64,000 nucleotides of DNA from Auanema rhodensis (Eukaryota > Animalia > Nematoda): NCBI GenBank assembly GCA_964057225.1, contig OZ059898.1, positions 1,240,001-1,304,000 on the forward strand, read 5' to 3'. Every line of letters begins with the position of its first letter. Within the stretch, counting starts at the first letter, position 1. Position numbers and translations under genes: made by a program. The notes under the pieces were generated by a model, which was not told the origin of the DNA, ran no database searches, and was given only the letters and a program-made list of their open reading frames with translations. This document shows positions 25,401-40,015 of the stretch, in pieces.

Positions 25401-28400
25401 TATTTTGAAATTTTTCGAAAAAATTTTTGTCAAAATGTTTTTGGAAGCAATGTTGAGTGTACATGGAAACTCAACATACACTAATGCATCATTTTTCAAA
25501 CGATCATAACTAATTTTTGTATTAAGCGTTTCTCAATGTGGTATAGTGCATTCGATGCGGATTTTTAAGCTGCGTCGATCTGTGTTATCAGATTTGCGCT
25601 AGCTTAAAAATGCACCGAGATATAAACTGATATAAGTTCACACTTATATCCTCGATTTTCACCCTGAAGAATTAATTTTTTCGTTGAATAACATTGTCCA
25701 TCGTCTTTGCCTTGAAAAAAGGAATCTAAAAACATCTACTTTTTGCTAAATTATCTTGAAATTTTTCGAAAAAATTTTTGTCAAAATGTTTTTGGAAGCA
25801 ATGTTGAGTGTACATGGAAACTCAACATACACTAATGCATCATTTTTCAAACGATCATAACTAATTTTTGTATTAAGCGTTTCTCAATGTGGTATAGTGC
25901 ATTCGATGCGGATTTTTAAGCTGCGTCGATCTGTGTTATCAGATTTGCGCTAGCTTAAAAATGCACCGAGATATAAACTGATATAAGTTCACACTTATAT
26001 TCTCGATTTTCACCCTGAAGAATTAATTTTTTCGTTGAATAACATTGTCCATCGTCTTTGCCTTGAGAAAAGGAATCTAAAAACATCTACTTTTTGCTAA
26101 ATTATTTTGAAATTTTTCGAAAAAATTTTTGTCAAAATGTTTTTGGAAGCAATGTTGAGTGTACATGGAAACTCAACATACACTAATGCATCATTTTTCA
26201 AACGATCATAACTAATTTTTGTATTAAGCGTTTCTCAATGTGGTATAGTGCATTCGATGCGGATTTTTAAGCTGCGTCGATCTGTGTTATCAGATTTGCG
26301 CTAGCTTAAAAATGCACCGAGATATAAACTGATATAAGTTCACACTTATATTCTCGATTTTCACCCTGAAGAATTAATTTTTTCGTTGAATAACATTGTC
26401 CATCGTCTTTGCCTTGAGAAAAGGAATCTAAAAACATCTACTTTTTGCTAAATTATTTTGAAATTTTTCGAAAACATTTTTGTCAAAATGTTTTTGGAAG
26501 CAATGTTGAGTGTACATGGAAACTCAACATACACTAATGCATCATTTTTCAAACGATCATAACTAATTTTTGTATTAAGCGTTTCTCAATGTGGTATAGT
26601 GCATTCGATGCGGATTTTTAAGCTGCGTCGATCTGTGTTATCAGATTTGCGCTAGCTTAAAAATGCACCGAGATATAAACTGATATAAGTTCACACTTAT
26701 ATCCTCGATTTTCACCCTGAAGAATTAATTTTTTCGTTGAATAACATTGTCCATCGTCTTTGCCTTGAAAAAAGGAATCTAAAAACATCTACTTTTTGCT
26801 AAATTATTTTGAAATTTTTCGAAAAAATTTTTGTCAAAATGTTTTTGGAAGCAATGTTGAGTGTACATGGAAACTCAACATACACTATTGCATCATTTTT
26901 CAAACGATCATAACTAATTTTTGTATTAAGCGTTTCTCAATGTGGTATAGTGCATTCGATGCGGATTTTTAAGCTGCGTCGATCTGTGTTATCAGATTTG
27001 CGCTAGCTTAAAAATGCACCGAGATATAAACTGATATAAGTTCACACTTATATCCTCGATTTTCACCCTGAAGAATTAATTTTTTCGTTGAATAACATTG
27101 TCCATCGTCTTTGCCTTGAAAAAAGGAATCTAAAAACATCTACTTTTTGCTAAATTATTTTGAAATTTTTCGAAAAAATTTTTGTCAAAATGTTTTTGGA
27201 AGCAATGTTGAGTGTACATGGAAACTCAACATACACTAATGCATCATTTTTCAAACGATCATAACTAATTTTTGTATTGAGCGTTTCTCAATGTAGTATA
27301 GTGCATTCGATGCGGATTTTTAAGCTGCGTCGATATGTGTTATCAGATTTGCGCTAGCTTAAAAATGCACCGAGATATCAACTGATATAAGTTCACACTT
27401 ATATCCTCGATTTTCACCCTGAAGAATTAATTTTTTCGTTGAATAACATTGTCCATCGTCTTTGCCTTGAAAAAAGGAATCTAAAAACATCTACTTTTTG
27501 CTAAATTATTTTGAAATTTTTCGAAAAAATTTTTGTCAAAATGTTTTTGGAAGCAATGTTGAGTGTACATGGAAACTCAACATACACTAATGCATCATTT
27601 TTCAAACGATCATAACTAATTTTTGTATTAAGCGTTTCTCAATGTGGTATAGTGCATTCGATGCGGATTTTTAAGCTGCGTCGATCTGTGTTATCAGATT
27701 TGCGCTAGCTTAAAAATGCACCGAGATATAAACTGATATAAGTTCACACTTATATCCTCGATTTTCACCCTGAAGAATTAATTTTTTCGTTGAATAACAT
27801 TGTCCATCGTCTTTGCCTTGAAAAAAGGAATCTAAAAACATCTACTTTTTGCTAAATTATTTTGAAATTTTTCGAAAAAATTTTTGTCAAAATGTTTTTG
27901 GAAGCAATGTTGAGTGTACATGGTAACTCAACATACACTAATGCATCATTTTTCAAACGATCATAACTAATTTTTGTATTAAGCGTTTCTCAATGTAGTA
28001 TAGTGCATTCGATGCGGATTTTTAAGCTGCGTCGATCTGTGTTATCAGATTTGCGCTAGCTTAAAAATGCACCGAGATATAAACTGATATAAGTTCACAC
28101 TTATATTCTCGATTTTCACCCTGAAGAATTAATTTTTTCGTTGAATAACATTGTCCATCGTCTTTGCCTTGAAAAAAGGAATCTAAAAACATCTACTTTT
28201 TGCTAAATTATTTTGAAATTTTTCGAAAAAATTTTTGTCAAAATGTTTTTGGAAGCAATGTTGAGTGTACATGGAAACTCAACATACACTAATGCATCAT
28301 TTTTCAAACGATCATAACTAATTTTTGTATTAAGCGTTTCTCAATGTGGTATAGTGCATTCGATGCGGATTTTTAAGCTGCGTCGATCTGTGTTATCAGA

Positions 28401-28431
28401 TTTGCGCTAGCTTAAAAATGCACCGAGATAT
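21061..28431. repeat. 21-monomer block (U61-U81), copy B of the higher-order duplication
   Basis: Unit-by-unit match to U31-U51. I saw only four differences (at 11642, 12038, about 21653 and 27279). Confidence 0.9.
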
Positions 28432-31400
28432 GAACTGATATAAGTTCACACTTATATCCTCGATTTTCACCCTGAAGAATTAATTTTTTCGTTGAATAAC
28501 ATTGTCCATCGTCTTTGCCTTGAAAAAAGGAATCTAAAAACATCTACTTTTTGCTAAATTATTTTGAAATTTTTCGAAAAAATTTTTGTCAAAATGTTTT
28601 TGGAAGCAATGTTGAGTGTACATGGAAACTCAACATACACTAATGCATCATTTTTCAAACGATCATAACTAATTTTTGTATTAAGCGTTTCTCAATGTAG
28701 TATAGTGCATTCGATGCGGATTTTTAAGCTGCGTCGATATGTGTTATCAGATTTGCGCTAGCTTAAAAATGCACCGAGATATCAACTGATATAAGTTCAC
28801 ACTTATATCCTCGATTTTCACCCTGAAGAATTAATTTTTTCGTTGAATAACATTGTCCATCGTCTTTGCCTTGAAAAAAGGAATCTAAAAACATCTACTT
28901 TTTGCTAAATTATTTTGAAATTTTTCGAAAAAATTTTTGTCAAAATGTTTTTGGAAGCAATGTTGAGTGTACATGGAAACTCAACATACACTAATGCATC
29001 ATTTTTCAAACGATCATAACTAATTTTTGTATTAAGCGTTTCTCAATGTAGTATAGTGCATTCGATGCGGATTTTTAAGCTGCGTCGTTCTGTGTTATCA
29101 GATTTGCGCTAGCTTAAAAATGCACCGAGATATCAACTGATATAAGTTCACACTTATATCCTCGATTTTCACCCTGAAGAATTAATTTTTTCGTTGAATA
29201 ACATTGTCCATCGTCTTTGCCTTGAAAAAAGGAATCTAAAAAATTCTACTTTTAGCTAAATTATTTTGAAATTTTTCGAAAAAATTTTTGTCAAAATGTT
29301 TTTGGAAGCAATGTTGAGTGTACATGGAAACTCAACATACACTAATGCATCATTTTTCAAACGATCATAACTAATTTTTGTATTAAGCGTTTCTCAATGT
29401 AGTATAGTGCATTCGATGCGGATTTTTAAGCTGCGTCGTTCTGTGTTATCAAATTTGCGCTAGCTTAAAAATGCACCGAGATATAAACTGATATAAGTTC
29501 ACACTTATATCCTCGATTTTCACCCTGAAGAATTAATTTTTTCGTTGAATAACATTGTCCATCGTCTTTGCCTTGAAAAAAGGAATCTAAAAACATCTAC
29601 TTTTTGCTAAATTATTTTGAAATTTTTCGAAAAAATTTTTGTCAAAATGTTTTTGGAAGCAATGTTGAGTGTACATGGAAACTCAACATACACTATTGCA
29701 TCATTTTTCAAACGATCATAACTAATTTTTGTATTAAGCGTTTCTCAATGTGGTATAGTGCATTCGATGCGGATTTTTAAGCTGCGTCGATCTGTGTTAT
29801 CAGATTTGCGCTAGCTTAAAAATGCACCGAGATATAAACTGATATAAGTTCACACTTATATCCTCGATTTTCACCCTGAAGAATTAATTTTTTCGTTGAA
29901 TAACATTGTCCATCGTCTTTGCCTTGAAAAAAGGAATCTAAAAACATCTACTTTTTGCTAAATTATTTTGAAATTTTTCGAAAAAATTTTTGTCAAAATG
30001 TTTTTGGAAGCAATGTTGAGTGTACATGGAAACTCAACATACACTAATGCATCATTTTTCAAACGATCATAACTAATTTTTGTATTAAGCGTTTCTCAAT
30101 GTAGTATAGTGCATTCGATGCGGATTTTTAAGCTGCGTCGATATGTGTTATCAGATTTGCGCTAGCTTAAAAATGCACCGAGATATCAACTGATATAAGT
30201 TCACACTTATATCCTCGATTTTCACCCTGAAGAATTAATTTTTTCGTTGAATAACATTGTCCATCGTCTTTGCCTTGAAAAAAGGAATCTAAAAACATCT
30301 ACTTTTTGCTAAATTATTTTGAAATTTTTCGAAAAAATTTTTGTCAAAATGTTTTTGGAAGCAATGTTGAGTGTACATGGAAACTCAACATACACTAATG
30401 CATCATTTTTCAAACGATCATAACTAATTTTTGTATTAAGCGTTTCTCAATGTGGTATAGTGCATTCGATGCGGATTTTTAAGCTGCGTCGATCTGTGTT
30501 ATCAGATTTGCGCTAGCTTAAAAATGCACCGAGATATAAACTGATATAAGTTCACACTTATATCCTCGATTTTCACCCTGAAGAATTAATTTTTTCGTTG
30601 AATAACATTGTCCATCGTCTTTGCCTTGAAAAAAGGAATCTAAAAACATCTACTTTTTGCTAAATTATTTTGAAATTTTTCGAAAAAATTTTTGTCAAAA
30701 TGTTTTTGGAAGCAATGTTGAGTGTACATGGTAACTCAACATACACTAATGCATCATTTTTCAAACGATCATAACTAATTTTTGTATTAAGCGTTTCTCA
30801 ATGTAGTATAGTGCATTCGATGCGGATTTTTAAGCTGCGTCGATCTGTGTTATCAGATTTGCGCTAGCTTAAAAATGCACCGAGATATAAACTGATATAA
30901 GTTCACACTTATATTCTCGATTTTCACCCTGAAGAATTAATTTTTTCGTTGAATAACATTGTCCATCGTCTTTGCCTTGAAAAAAGGAATCTAAAAACAT
31001 CTACTTTTTGCTAAATTATTTTGAAATTTTTCGAAAAAATTTTTGTCAAAATGTTTTTGGAAGCAATGTTGAGTGTACATGGAAACTCAACATACACTAA
31101 TGCATCATTTTTCAAACGATCATAACTAATTTTTGTATTAAGCGTTTCTCAATGTAGTATAGTGCATTCGATGCGGATTTTTAAGCTGCGTCGATATGTG
31201 TTATCAGATTTGCGCTAGCTTAAAAATGCACCGAGATATCAACTGATATAAGTTCACACTTATATCCTCGATTTTCACCCTGAAGAATTAATTTTTTCGT
31301 TGAATAACATTGTCCATCGTCTTTGCCTTGAAAAAAGGAATCTAAAAACATCTACTTTTTGCTAAATTATTTTGAAATTTTTCGAAAAAATTTTTGTCAA

Positions 31401-32292
31401 AATGTTTTTGGAAGCAATGTTGAGTGTACATGGAAACTCAACATACACTAATGCATCATTTTTCAAACGATCATAACTAATTTTTGTATTAAGCGTTTCT
31501 CAATGTAGTATAGTGCATTCGATGCGGATTTTTAAGCTGCGTCGTTCTGTGTTATCAGATTTGCGCTAGCTTAAAAATGCACCGAGATATCAACTGATAT
31601 AAGTTCACACTTATATCCTCGATTTTCACCCTGAAGAATTAATTTTTTCGTTGAATAACATTGTCCATCGTCTTTGCCTTGAAAAAAGGAATCTAAAAAA
31701 TTCTACTTTTAGCTAAATTATTTTGAAATTTTTCGAAAAAATTTTTGTCAAAATGTTTTTGGAAGCAATGTTGAGTGTACATGGAAACTCAACATACACT
31801 AATGCATCATTTTTCAAACGATCATAACTAATTTTTGTATTAAACGTTTTTCAATGTAGTATAGTGCATTCGATGCGGATTTTTAAGCTGCGTCGATCTG
31901 TGTTATCAGATTTGCGCTAGCTTAAAAATGCACCGAGATATAAACTGATATAAGTTCACACTTATATCCTCGATTTTCACCCTGAAGAATTAATTTTTTC
32001 GTTGAATAACATTGTCCATCGTCTTTGCCTTGAAAGAAGGAATCTAAAAACATCTACTTTTTGCTAAATTATTTTGAAATTTTTCGAAAAAATTTTTGTC
32101 AAAATGTTTTTGGAAGCAATGTTGAGTGTACATGGAAACTCAACATACACTAATGCATCATTTTTCAAACGATCATAACTAATTTTTGTATTAAGCGTTT
32201 CTCAATGTAGTATAGTGCATTCGATGCGGATTTTTAAGCTGCGTCGTTCTGTGTTATCAAATTTGCGCTAGCTTAAAAATGCACCGAGATAT
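26677..32292. repeat. Adjacent imperfect 8-monomer tandem duplication (U77-U84 / U85-U92)
   Basis: CACTATTG, C308A, A1C and GGTAACTC monomers recur in order at offset 2808 bp. The downstream units correspond with a one-unit slip. Confidence 0.85.
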
Positions 32293-35200
32293 CAACTGAT
32301 ATAAGTTCACACTTATATCCTCGATTTTCACCCTGAAGAATTAATTTTTTCGTTGAATAACATTGTCCATCGTCTTTGCCTTGAAAAAAGGAATCTAAAA
32401 AATTCTACTTTTTGCTAAATTATTTTGAAATTTTTCGAAAAAATTTTTGTCAAAATGTTTTTGGAAGCAATGTTGAGTGTACATGGAAACTCAACATACA
32501 CTAATGCATCATTTTTCAAACGATCATAACTAATTTTTGTATTAAGCGTTTCTCAATGTAGTATAGTGCATTCAATGCGGATTTTTAAGCTGCGTCGATC
32601 TGTGTTATCAGATTTGCGCTAGCTTAAAAATGCACCGAGATATAAACTGATATAAGTTCACACTTATATTCTCGATTTTCACCCTGAAGAATTAATTTTT
32701 TCGTTGAATAACATTGTCCATCGTCTTTGCCTTGAAAAAAGGAATCTAAAAACATCTACTTTTTGCTAAATTATTTTGAAATTTTTCGAAAAAATTTTTG
32801 TCAAAATGTTTTTGGAAGCAATGTTGAGTGTACATGGAAACTCAACATACACTAATGCATCATTTTTCAAACGATCATAACTAATTTTTGTATTAAGCGT
32901 TTCTCAATGTGGTATAGTGCATTCGATGCGGATTTTTAAGCTGCGTCGATCTGTGTTATCAGATTTGCGCTAGCTTAAAAATGCACCGAGATATAAACTG
33001 ATATAAGTTCACACTTATATCCTCGATTTTCACCCTGAAGAATTAATTTTTTCGTTGAATAACATTGTCCATCGTCTTTGCCTTGAAAAAAGGAATCTAA
33101 AAACATCTACTTTTTGCTAAATTATTTTGAAATTTTTCGAAAAAATTTTTGTCAAAATGTTTTTGGAAGCAATGTTGAGTGTACATGGAAACTCAACATA
33201 CACTAATGCATCATTTTTCAAACGATCATAACTAATTTTTGTATTAAGCGTTTCTCAATGTAGTATAGTGCATTCGATGCGGATTTTTAAGCTGCGTCGT
33301 TCTGTGTTATCAGATTTGCGCTAGCTTAAAAATGCACCGAGATATCAACTGATATAAGTTCACACTCATATCCTCGATTTTCACCCTGAAGAATTAATTT
33401 TTTCGTTGAATAACATTGTCCATCGTCTTTGCCTTGAAAAAAGGAATCTAAAAAATTCTACTTTTTGCTAAATTATTTTGAAATTTTTCGAAAAAATTTT
33501 TGTCAAAATGTTTTTGGAAGCAATGTTGAGTGTACATGGAAACTCAACATACACTAATGCATCATTTTTCAAACGATCATAACTAATTTTAGTATTAAAC
33601 GTTTTTCAATGTAGTATAGTGCATTCGATGCGGATTTTTAAGCTGCGTCGATCTGTGTTATCAGATTTGCGCTAGCTTAAAAATGCACCGAGATATAAAC
33701 TGATATAAGTTCACACTTATATCCTCGATTTTCACCCTGAAGAATTAATTTTTTCGTTGAATAACATTGTCCATCGTCTTTGCCTTGAAAGAAGGAATCT
33801 AAAAACATCTACTTTTTGCTAAATTATTTTGAAATTTTTCGAAAAAATTTTTGTCAAAATGTTTTTGGAAGCAATGTTGAGTGTACATGGAAACTCAACA
33901 TACACTAATGCATCATTTTTCAAACGATCATAACTAATTTTTGTATTAAGCGTTTCTCAATGTAGTATAGTGCATTCGATGCGGATTTTTAAGCTGCGTC
34001 GTTCTGTGTTATCAAATTTGCGCTAGCTTAAAAATGCACCGAGATATCAACTGATATAAGTTCACACTTATATCCTCGATTTTCACCCTGAAGAATTAAT
34101 TTTTTCGTTGAATAACATTGTCCATCGTCTTTGCCTTGAAAAAAGGAATCTAAAAACATCTACTTTTTGCTAAATTATTTTGAAATTTTTCGAAAAAATT
34201 TTTGTCAAAATGTTTTTGGAAGCAATGTTGAGTGTACATGGAAACTCAACATACACTAATGCATCATTTTTCAAACGATCATAACTAATTTTTGTATTAA
34301 GCGTTTCTCAATGTAGTATAGTGCATTCGATGCGGATTTTTAAGCTGCGTCGTTCTGTGTTATCAGATTTGCGCTAGCTTAAAAATGCACCGAGATATCA
34401 ACTGATATAAGTTCACACTTATATCCTCGATTTTCACCCTGAAGAATTAATTTTTTCGTTGAATAACATTGTCCATCGTCTTTGCCTTGAAAAAAGGAAT
34501 CTAAAAAATTCTACTTTTTGCTAAATTATTTTGAAATTTTTCGAAAAAATTTTTGTCAAAATGTTTTTGGAAGCAATGTTGAGTGTACATGGAAACTCAA
34601 CATACACTAATGCATCATTTTTCAAACGATCATAACTAATTTTTGTATTAAACGTTTTTCAATGTAGTATAGTGCATTCGATGCGGATTTTTAAGCTGCG
34701 TCGATCTGTGTTATCAGATTTGCGCTAGCTTAAAAATGCACCGAGATATAAACTGATATAAGTTCACACTTATATCCTCGATTTTCACCCTGAAGAATTA
34801 ATTTTTTCGTTGAATAACATTGTCCATCGTCTTTGCCTTGAAAGAAGGAATCTAAAAACATCTACTTTTTGCTAAATTATTTTGAAATTTTTCGAAAAAA
34901 TTTTTGTCAAAATGTTTTTGGAAGCAATGTTGAGTGTACATGGAAACTCAACATACACTAATGCATCATTTTTCAAACGATCATAACTAATTTTTGTATT
35001 AAGCGTTTCTCAATGTAGTATAGTGCATTCGATGCGGATTTTTAAGCTGCGTCGTTCTGTGTTATCAAATTTGCGCTAGCTTAAAAATGCACCGAGATAT
35101 CAACTGATATAAGTTCACACTTATATCCTCGATTTTCACCCTGAAGAATTAATTTTTTCGTTGAATAACATTGTCCATCGTCTTTGCCTTGAAAAAAGGA

Positions 35201-38200
35201 ATCTAAAAAATTCTACTTTTTGCTAAATTATTTTGAAATTTTTCGAAAAAATTTTTGTCAAAATGTTTTTGGAAGCAATGTTGAGTGTACATGGAAACTC
35301 AACATACACTAATGCATCATTTTTCAAACGATCATAACTAATTTTTGTATTAAGCGTTTCTCAATGTAGTATAGTGCATTCAATGCGGATTTTTAAGCTG
35401 CGTCGATCTGTGTTATCAGATTTGCGCTAGCTTAAAAATGCACCGAGATATAAACTGATATAAGTTCACACTTATATCCTCGATTTTCACCCTGAAGAAT
35501 TAATTTTTTCGTTGAATAACATTGTCCATCGTCTTTGCCTTGAAAAAAGGAATCTAAAAACATCTACTTTTTGCTAAATTATTTTGAAATTTTTCGAAAA
35601 AATTTTTGTCAAAATGTTTTTGGAAGCAATGTTGAGTGTACATGGAAACTCAACATACACTAATGCATCATTTTTCAAACGATCATAACTAATTTTTGTA
35701 TTAAGCGTTTCTCAATGTGATATAGTGCATTCGATGCGGATTTTTAAGCTGCGTCGATCTGTGTTATCAGATTTGCGCTAGCTTAAAAATGCACCGAGAT
35801 ATAAACTGATATAAGTTCACACTTATATCCTCGATTTTCACCCTGAAGAATTAATTTTTTCGTTGAATAACATTGTCCATCGTCTTTGCCTTGAAAAAAG
35901 GAATCTAAAAACATCTACTTTTTGCTAAATTATTTTGAAATTTTTCGAAAAAATTTTTGTCAAAATGTTTTTGGAAGCAATGTTGAGTGTACATGGAAAC
36001 TCAACATACACTAATGCATCATTTTTCAAACGATCATAACTAATTTTTGTATTAAGCGTTTCTCAATGTGATATAGTGCATTCGATGCGGATTTTTAAGC
36101 TGCGTCGATCTGTGTTATCAGATTTGCGCTAGCTTAAAAATGCACCGAGATATAAACTGATATAAGTTCACACTTATATCCTCGATTTTCACCCTGAAGA
36201 ATTAATTTTTTCGTTGAATAACATTGTCCATCGTCTTTGCCTTGAAAAAAGGAATCTAAAAACATCTACTTTTTGCTAAATTATTTTGAAATTTTTCGAA
36301 AAAATTTTTGTCAAAATGTTTTTGGAAGCAATGTTGAGTGTACATGGAAACTCAACATACACTAATGCATCATTTTTCAAACGATCATAACTAATTTTTG
36401 TATTAAGCGTTTCTCAATGTAGTATAGTGCATTCGATGCGGATTTTTAAGCTGCGTCGTTCTGTGTTATCAGATTTGCGCTAGCTTAAAAATGCACCGAG
36501 ATATCAACTGATATAAGTTCACACTTATATCCTCGATTTTCACCCTGAAGAATTAATTTTTTCGTTGAATAACATTGTCCATCGTCTTTGCCTTGAAAAA
36601 AGGAATCTAAAAAATTCTACTTTTTGCTAAATTATTTTGAAATTTTTCGAAAAAATTTTTGTCAAAATGTTTTTGGAAGCAATGTTGAGTGTACATGGAA
36701 ACTCAACATACACTAATGAATCATTTTTCAAACGATCATAACTAATTTTTGTATTAAGCGTTTCTCAATGTGGTATAGTGCATTCGATGCGGATTTTTAA
36801 GCTGCGTCGATCTGTGTTATCAGATTTGCGCTAGCTTAAAAATGCACCGAGATATAAACTGATATAAGTTCACACTTATATCCTCGATTTTCACCCTGAA
36901 GATTTAATTTTTTCGTTGAATAACATTGTCCATCGTCTTTGCCTTGAAAAAAGGAATCTAAAAACATCTACTTTTTGCTAAATTATTTTGAAATTTTTCG
37001 AAAAAATTTTTGTCAAAATGTTTTTGGAAGCAATGTTGAGTGTACATGGAAACTCAACATACACTAATGCATCATTTTTCAAACGATCATAACTAATTTT
37101 TGTATTAAACCGTTTCTCAATGTGGTATAGTGCATTCGATGCGGATTTTTAAGCTGCGTCGATCTGTGTTATCAGATTTGCGCTAGCTTAAAAATGCACC
37201 GAGATATAAACTGATATAAGTTCACACTTATATCCTCGATTTTCACCCTGAAGAATTAATTTTTTCGTTGAATAACATTGTCCATCGTCTTTACCTTGAA
37301 AAAAGGAATCTAAAAACATCTACTTTTTGCTAAATTATTTTGAAATTTTTCGAAAAAATTTTTGTCAAAATGTTTTTGGAAGCAATGTTGAGTGTACATG
37401 GAAACTCAACATACACTAATGCATCATTTTTCAAACGATCATAACTAATTTTTGTATTAAGCGTTTCTCAATGTAGTATAGTGTATTCGATGCGGATTTT
37501 TAAGCTGCGTCGATATGTGTTATCAGATTTGCGCTAGCTTAAAAATGCACCGAGATATCAACTGATATAAGTTCACACTTATATCCTCGATTTTCACCCT
37601 GAAGAATTAATTTTTTCGTTGAATAACATTGTCCATCGTCTTTGCCTTGAAAAAAGGAATCTAAAAACATCTACTTTTTGCTAAATTATTTTGAAATTTT
37701 TCGAAAAAATTTTTGTCAAAATGTTTTTGGAAGCAATGTTGAGTGTACATGGAAACTCAACATACACTAATGCATCATTTTTCAAACGATCATAACTAAT
37801 TTTTGTATTAAGCGTTTCTCAATGTAGTATAGTGCATTCGATGCGGATTTTTAAGCTGCGTCGTTCTGTGTTATCAGATTTGCGCTAGCTTAAAAATGCA
37901 CCGAGATATCAACTGATATAAGTTCACACTTATATCCTCGATTTTCACCCTGAAGAATTAATTTTTTCGTTGAATAACATTGTCCATCGTCTTTGCCTTG
38001 AAAAAAGGAATCTAAAAAATTCTACTTTTTGCTAAATTATTTTGAAATTTTTCGAAAAAATTTTTGTCAAAATGTTTTTGGAAGCAATGTTGAGTGTACA
38101 TGGAAACTCAACATACACTAATGCATCATTTTTCAAACGATCATAACTAATTTTTGTATTGAGCGTTTCTCAATGTAGTATAGTGCATTCGATGCGGATT

Positions 38201-40015
38201 TTTAAGCTGCGTCGTTCTGTGTTATCAGATTTGCGCTAGCTTAAAAATGCACCGAGATATCAACTGATATAAGTTCACACTTATATCCTCGATTTTCACC
38301 CTGAAGAATTAATTTTTTCGTTGAATAACATTGTCCATCGTCTTTGCCTTGAAAAAAGGAATCTAAAAAATTCTACTTTTCGCTAAATTATTTTGAAATT
38401 TTTCGAAAAAATTTTTGTCAAAATGTTTTTGGAAGCAATGTTGAGTGTACATGGAAACTCAACATACACTAATGCATCATTTTTCAAACGATCATAACTA
38501 ATTTTTGTATTAAACGTTTTTCAATGTAGTATAGTGCATTCGATGCGGATTTTTAAGCTGCGTCGATCTGTGTTATCAGATTTGCGCTAGCTTAAAAATG
38601 CACCGAGATATAAACTGATATAAGTTCACACTTATATCCTCGATTTTCACCCTGAAGAATTAATTTTTTCGTTGAATAACATTGTCCATCGTCTTTGCCT
38701 TGAAAGAAGGAATCTAAAAACATCTACTTTTTGCTAAATTATTTTGAAATTTTTCGAAAAAATTTTTGTCAAAATGTTTTTGGAAGCAATGTTGAGTGTA
38801 CATGGAAACTCAACATACACTAATGCATCATTTTTCAAACGATCATAACTAATTTTTGTATTAAGCGTTTCTCAATGTAGTATAGTGCATTCGATGCGGA
38901 TTTTTAAGCTGCGTCGATCTGTGTTATCAGATTTGCGCTAGCTTAAAAATGCACCGAGATATAAACTGATATAAGTTCACACTTATATCCTCGATTTTCA
39001 CCCTGAAGAATTAATTTTTTCGTTGAATAACATTGTCCATCGTCTTTGCCTTGGAAAAAGGAATCTAAAAACATCTACTTTTTGCTAAATTATTTTGAAA
39101 TTTTTCGAAAAAATTTTTGTCAAAATGTTTTTGGAAGCAATGTTGAGTGTACATGGAAACTCAACATACACTAATGCATCATTTTTCAAACGATCATAAC
39201 TAATTTTTGTATTAAGCGTTTCTCAATGTAGTATAGTGCATTCGATGCGGATTTTTAAGCTGCGTCGTTCTGTGTTATCAGATTTGCGCTAGCTTAAAAA
39301 TGCACCGAGATATCAACTGATATAAGTTCACACTTATATCCTCGATTTTCACCCTGAAGAATTAATTTTTTCGTTGAATAACATTGTCCATCGTCTTTGC
39401 CTTGAAAAAAGGAATCTAAAAAATTCTACTTTTTGCCTAATTATTTTGAAATTTTTCGAAAAAATTTTTGTCAAAATGTTTTTGGAAGCAATGTTGAGTG
39501 TACATGGAAACTCAACATACACTAATGCATCATTTTTCAAACGATCATAACTAATTTTTGTATTAAGCGTTTCTCAATGTAGTATAGTGCATTCGATGCA
39601 GATTTTTAAGCTGCGTCGATCTGTGTTATCAGATTTGCGCTAGCTTAAAAATGCACCGAGATATAAACTGATATAAGTTCACACTTATATCCTCGATTTT
39701 CACCCTGAAGAATTAATTTTTTCGTTGAATAACATTGTCCATCGTCTTTGCCTTGAAAAAAGGAATCTAAAAACATCTACTTTTTGCTAAATTATTTTGA
39801 AATTTTTCGAAAAAATTTTTGTCAAAATGTTTTTGGAAGCAATGTTGAGTGTACATGGAAACTCAACATACACTAATGCATCATTTTTCAAACGATCATA
39901 ACTAATTTTTGTATTAAGCGTTTCTCAATGTAGTATAGTGCATTCGATGCAGATTTTTAAGCTGCGTCGATCTGTGTTATCAGATTTGCGCTAGCTTAAA
40001 AATGCACCGAGATAT

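Noticed and set aside
39349-39540. 63-aa minus-strand ORF from the supplied track
   Set aside because: It starts at TTG and lies wholly within monomer U113. It is open only because a private change at 39437-39438 (TGCTAAA to TGCCTAA) removes the TAG stop found in this frame in the other monomers. The peptide is rich in F/K/I/N, as expected from AT-rich DNA, and has no recognisable motif.
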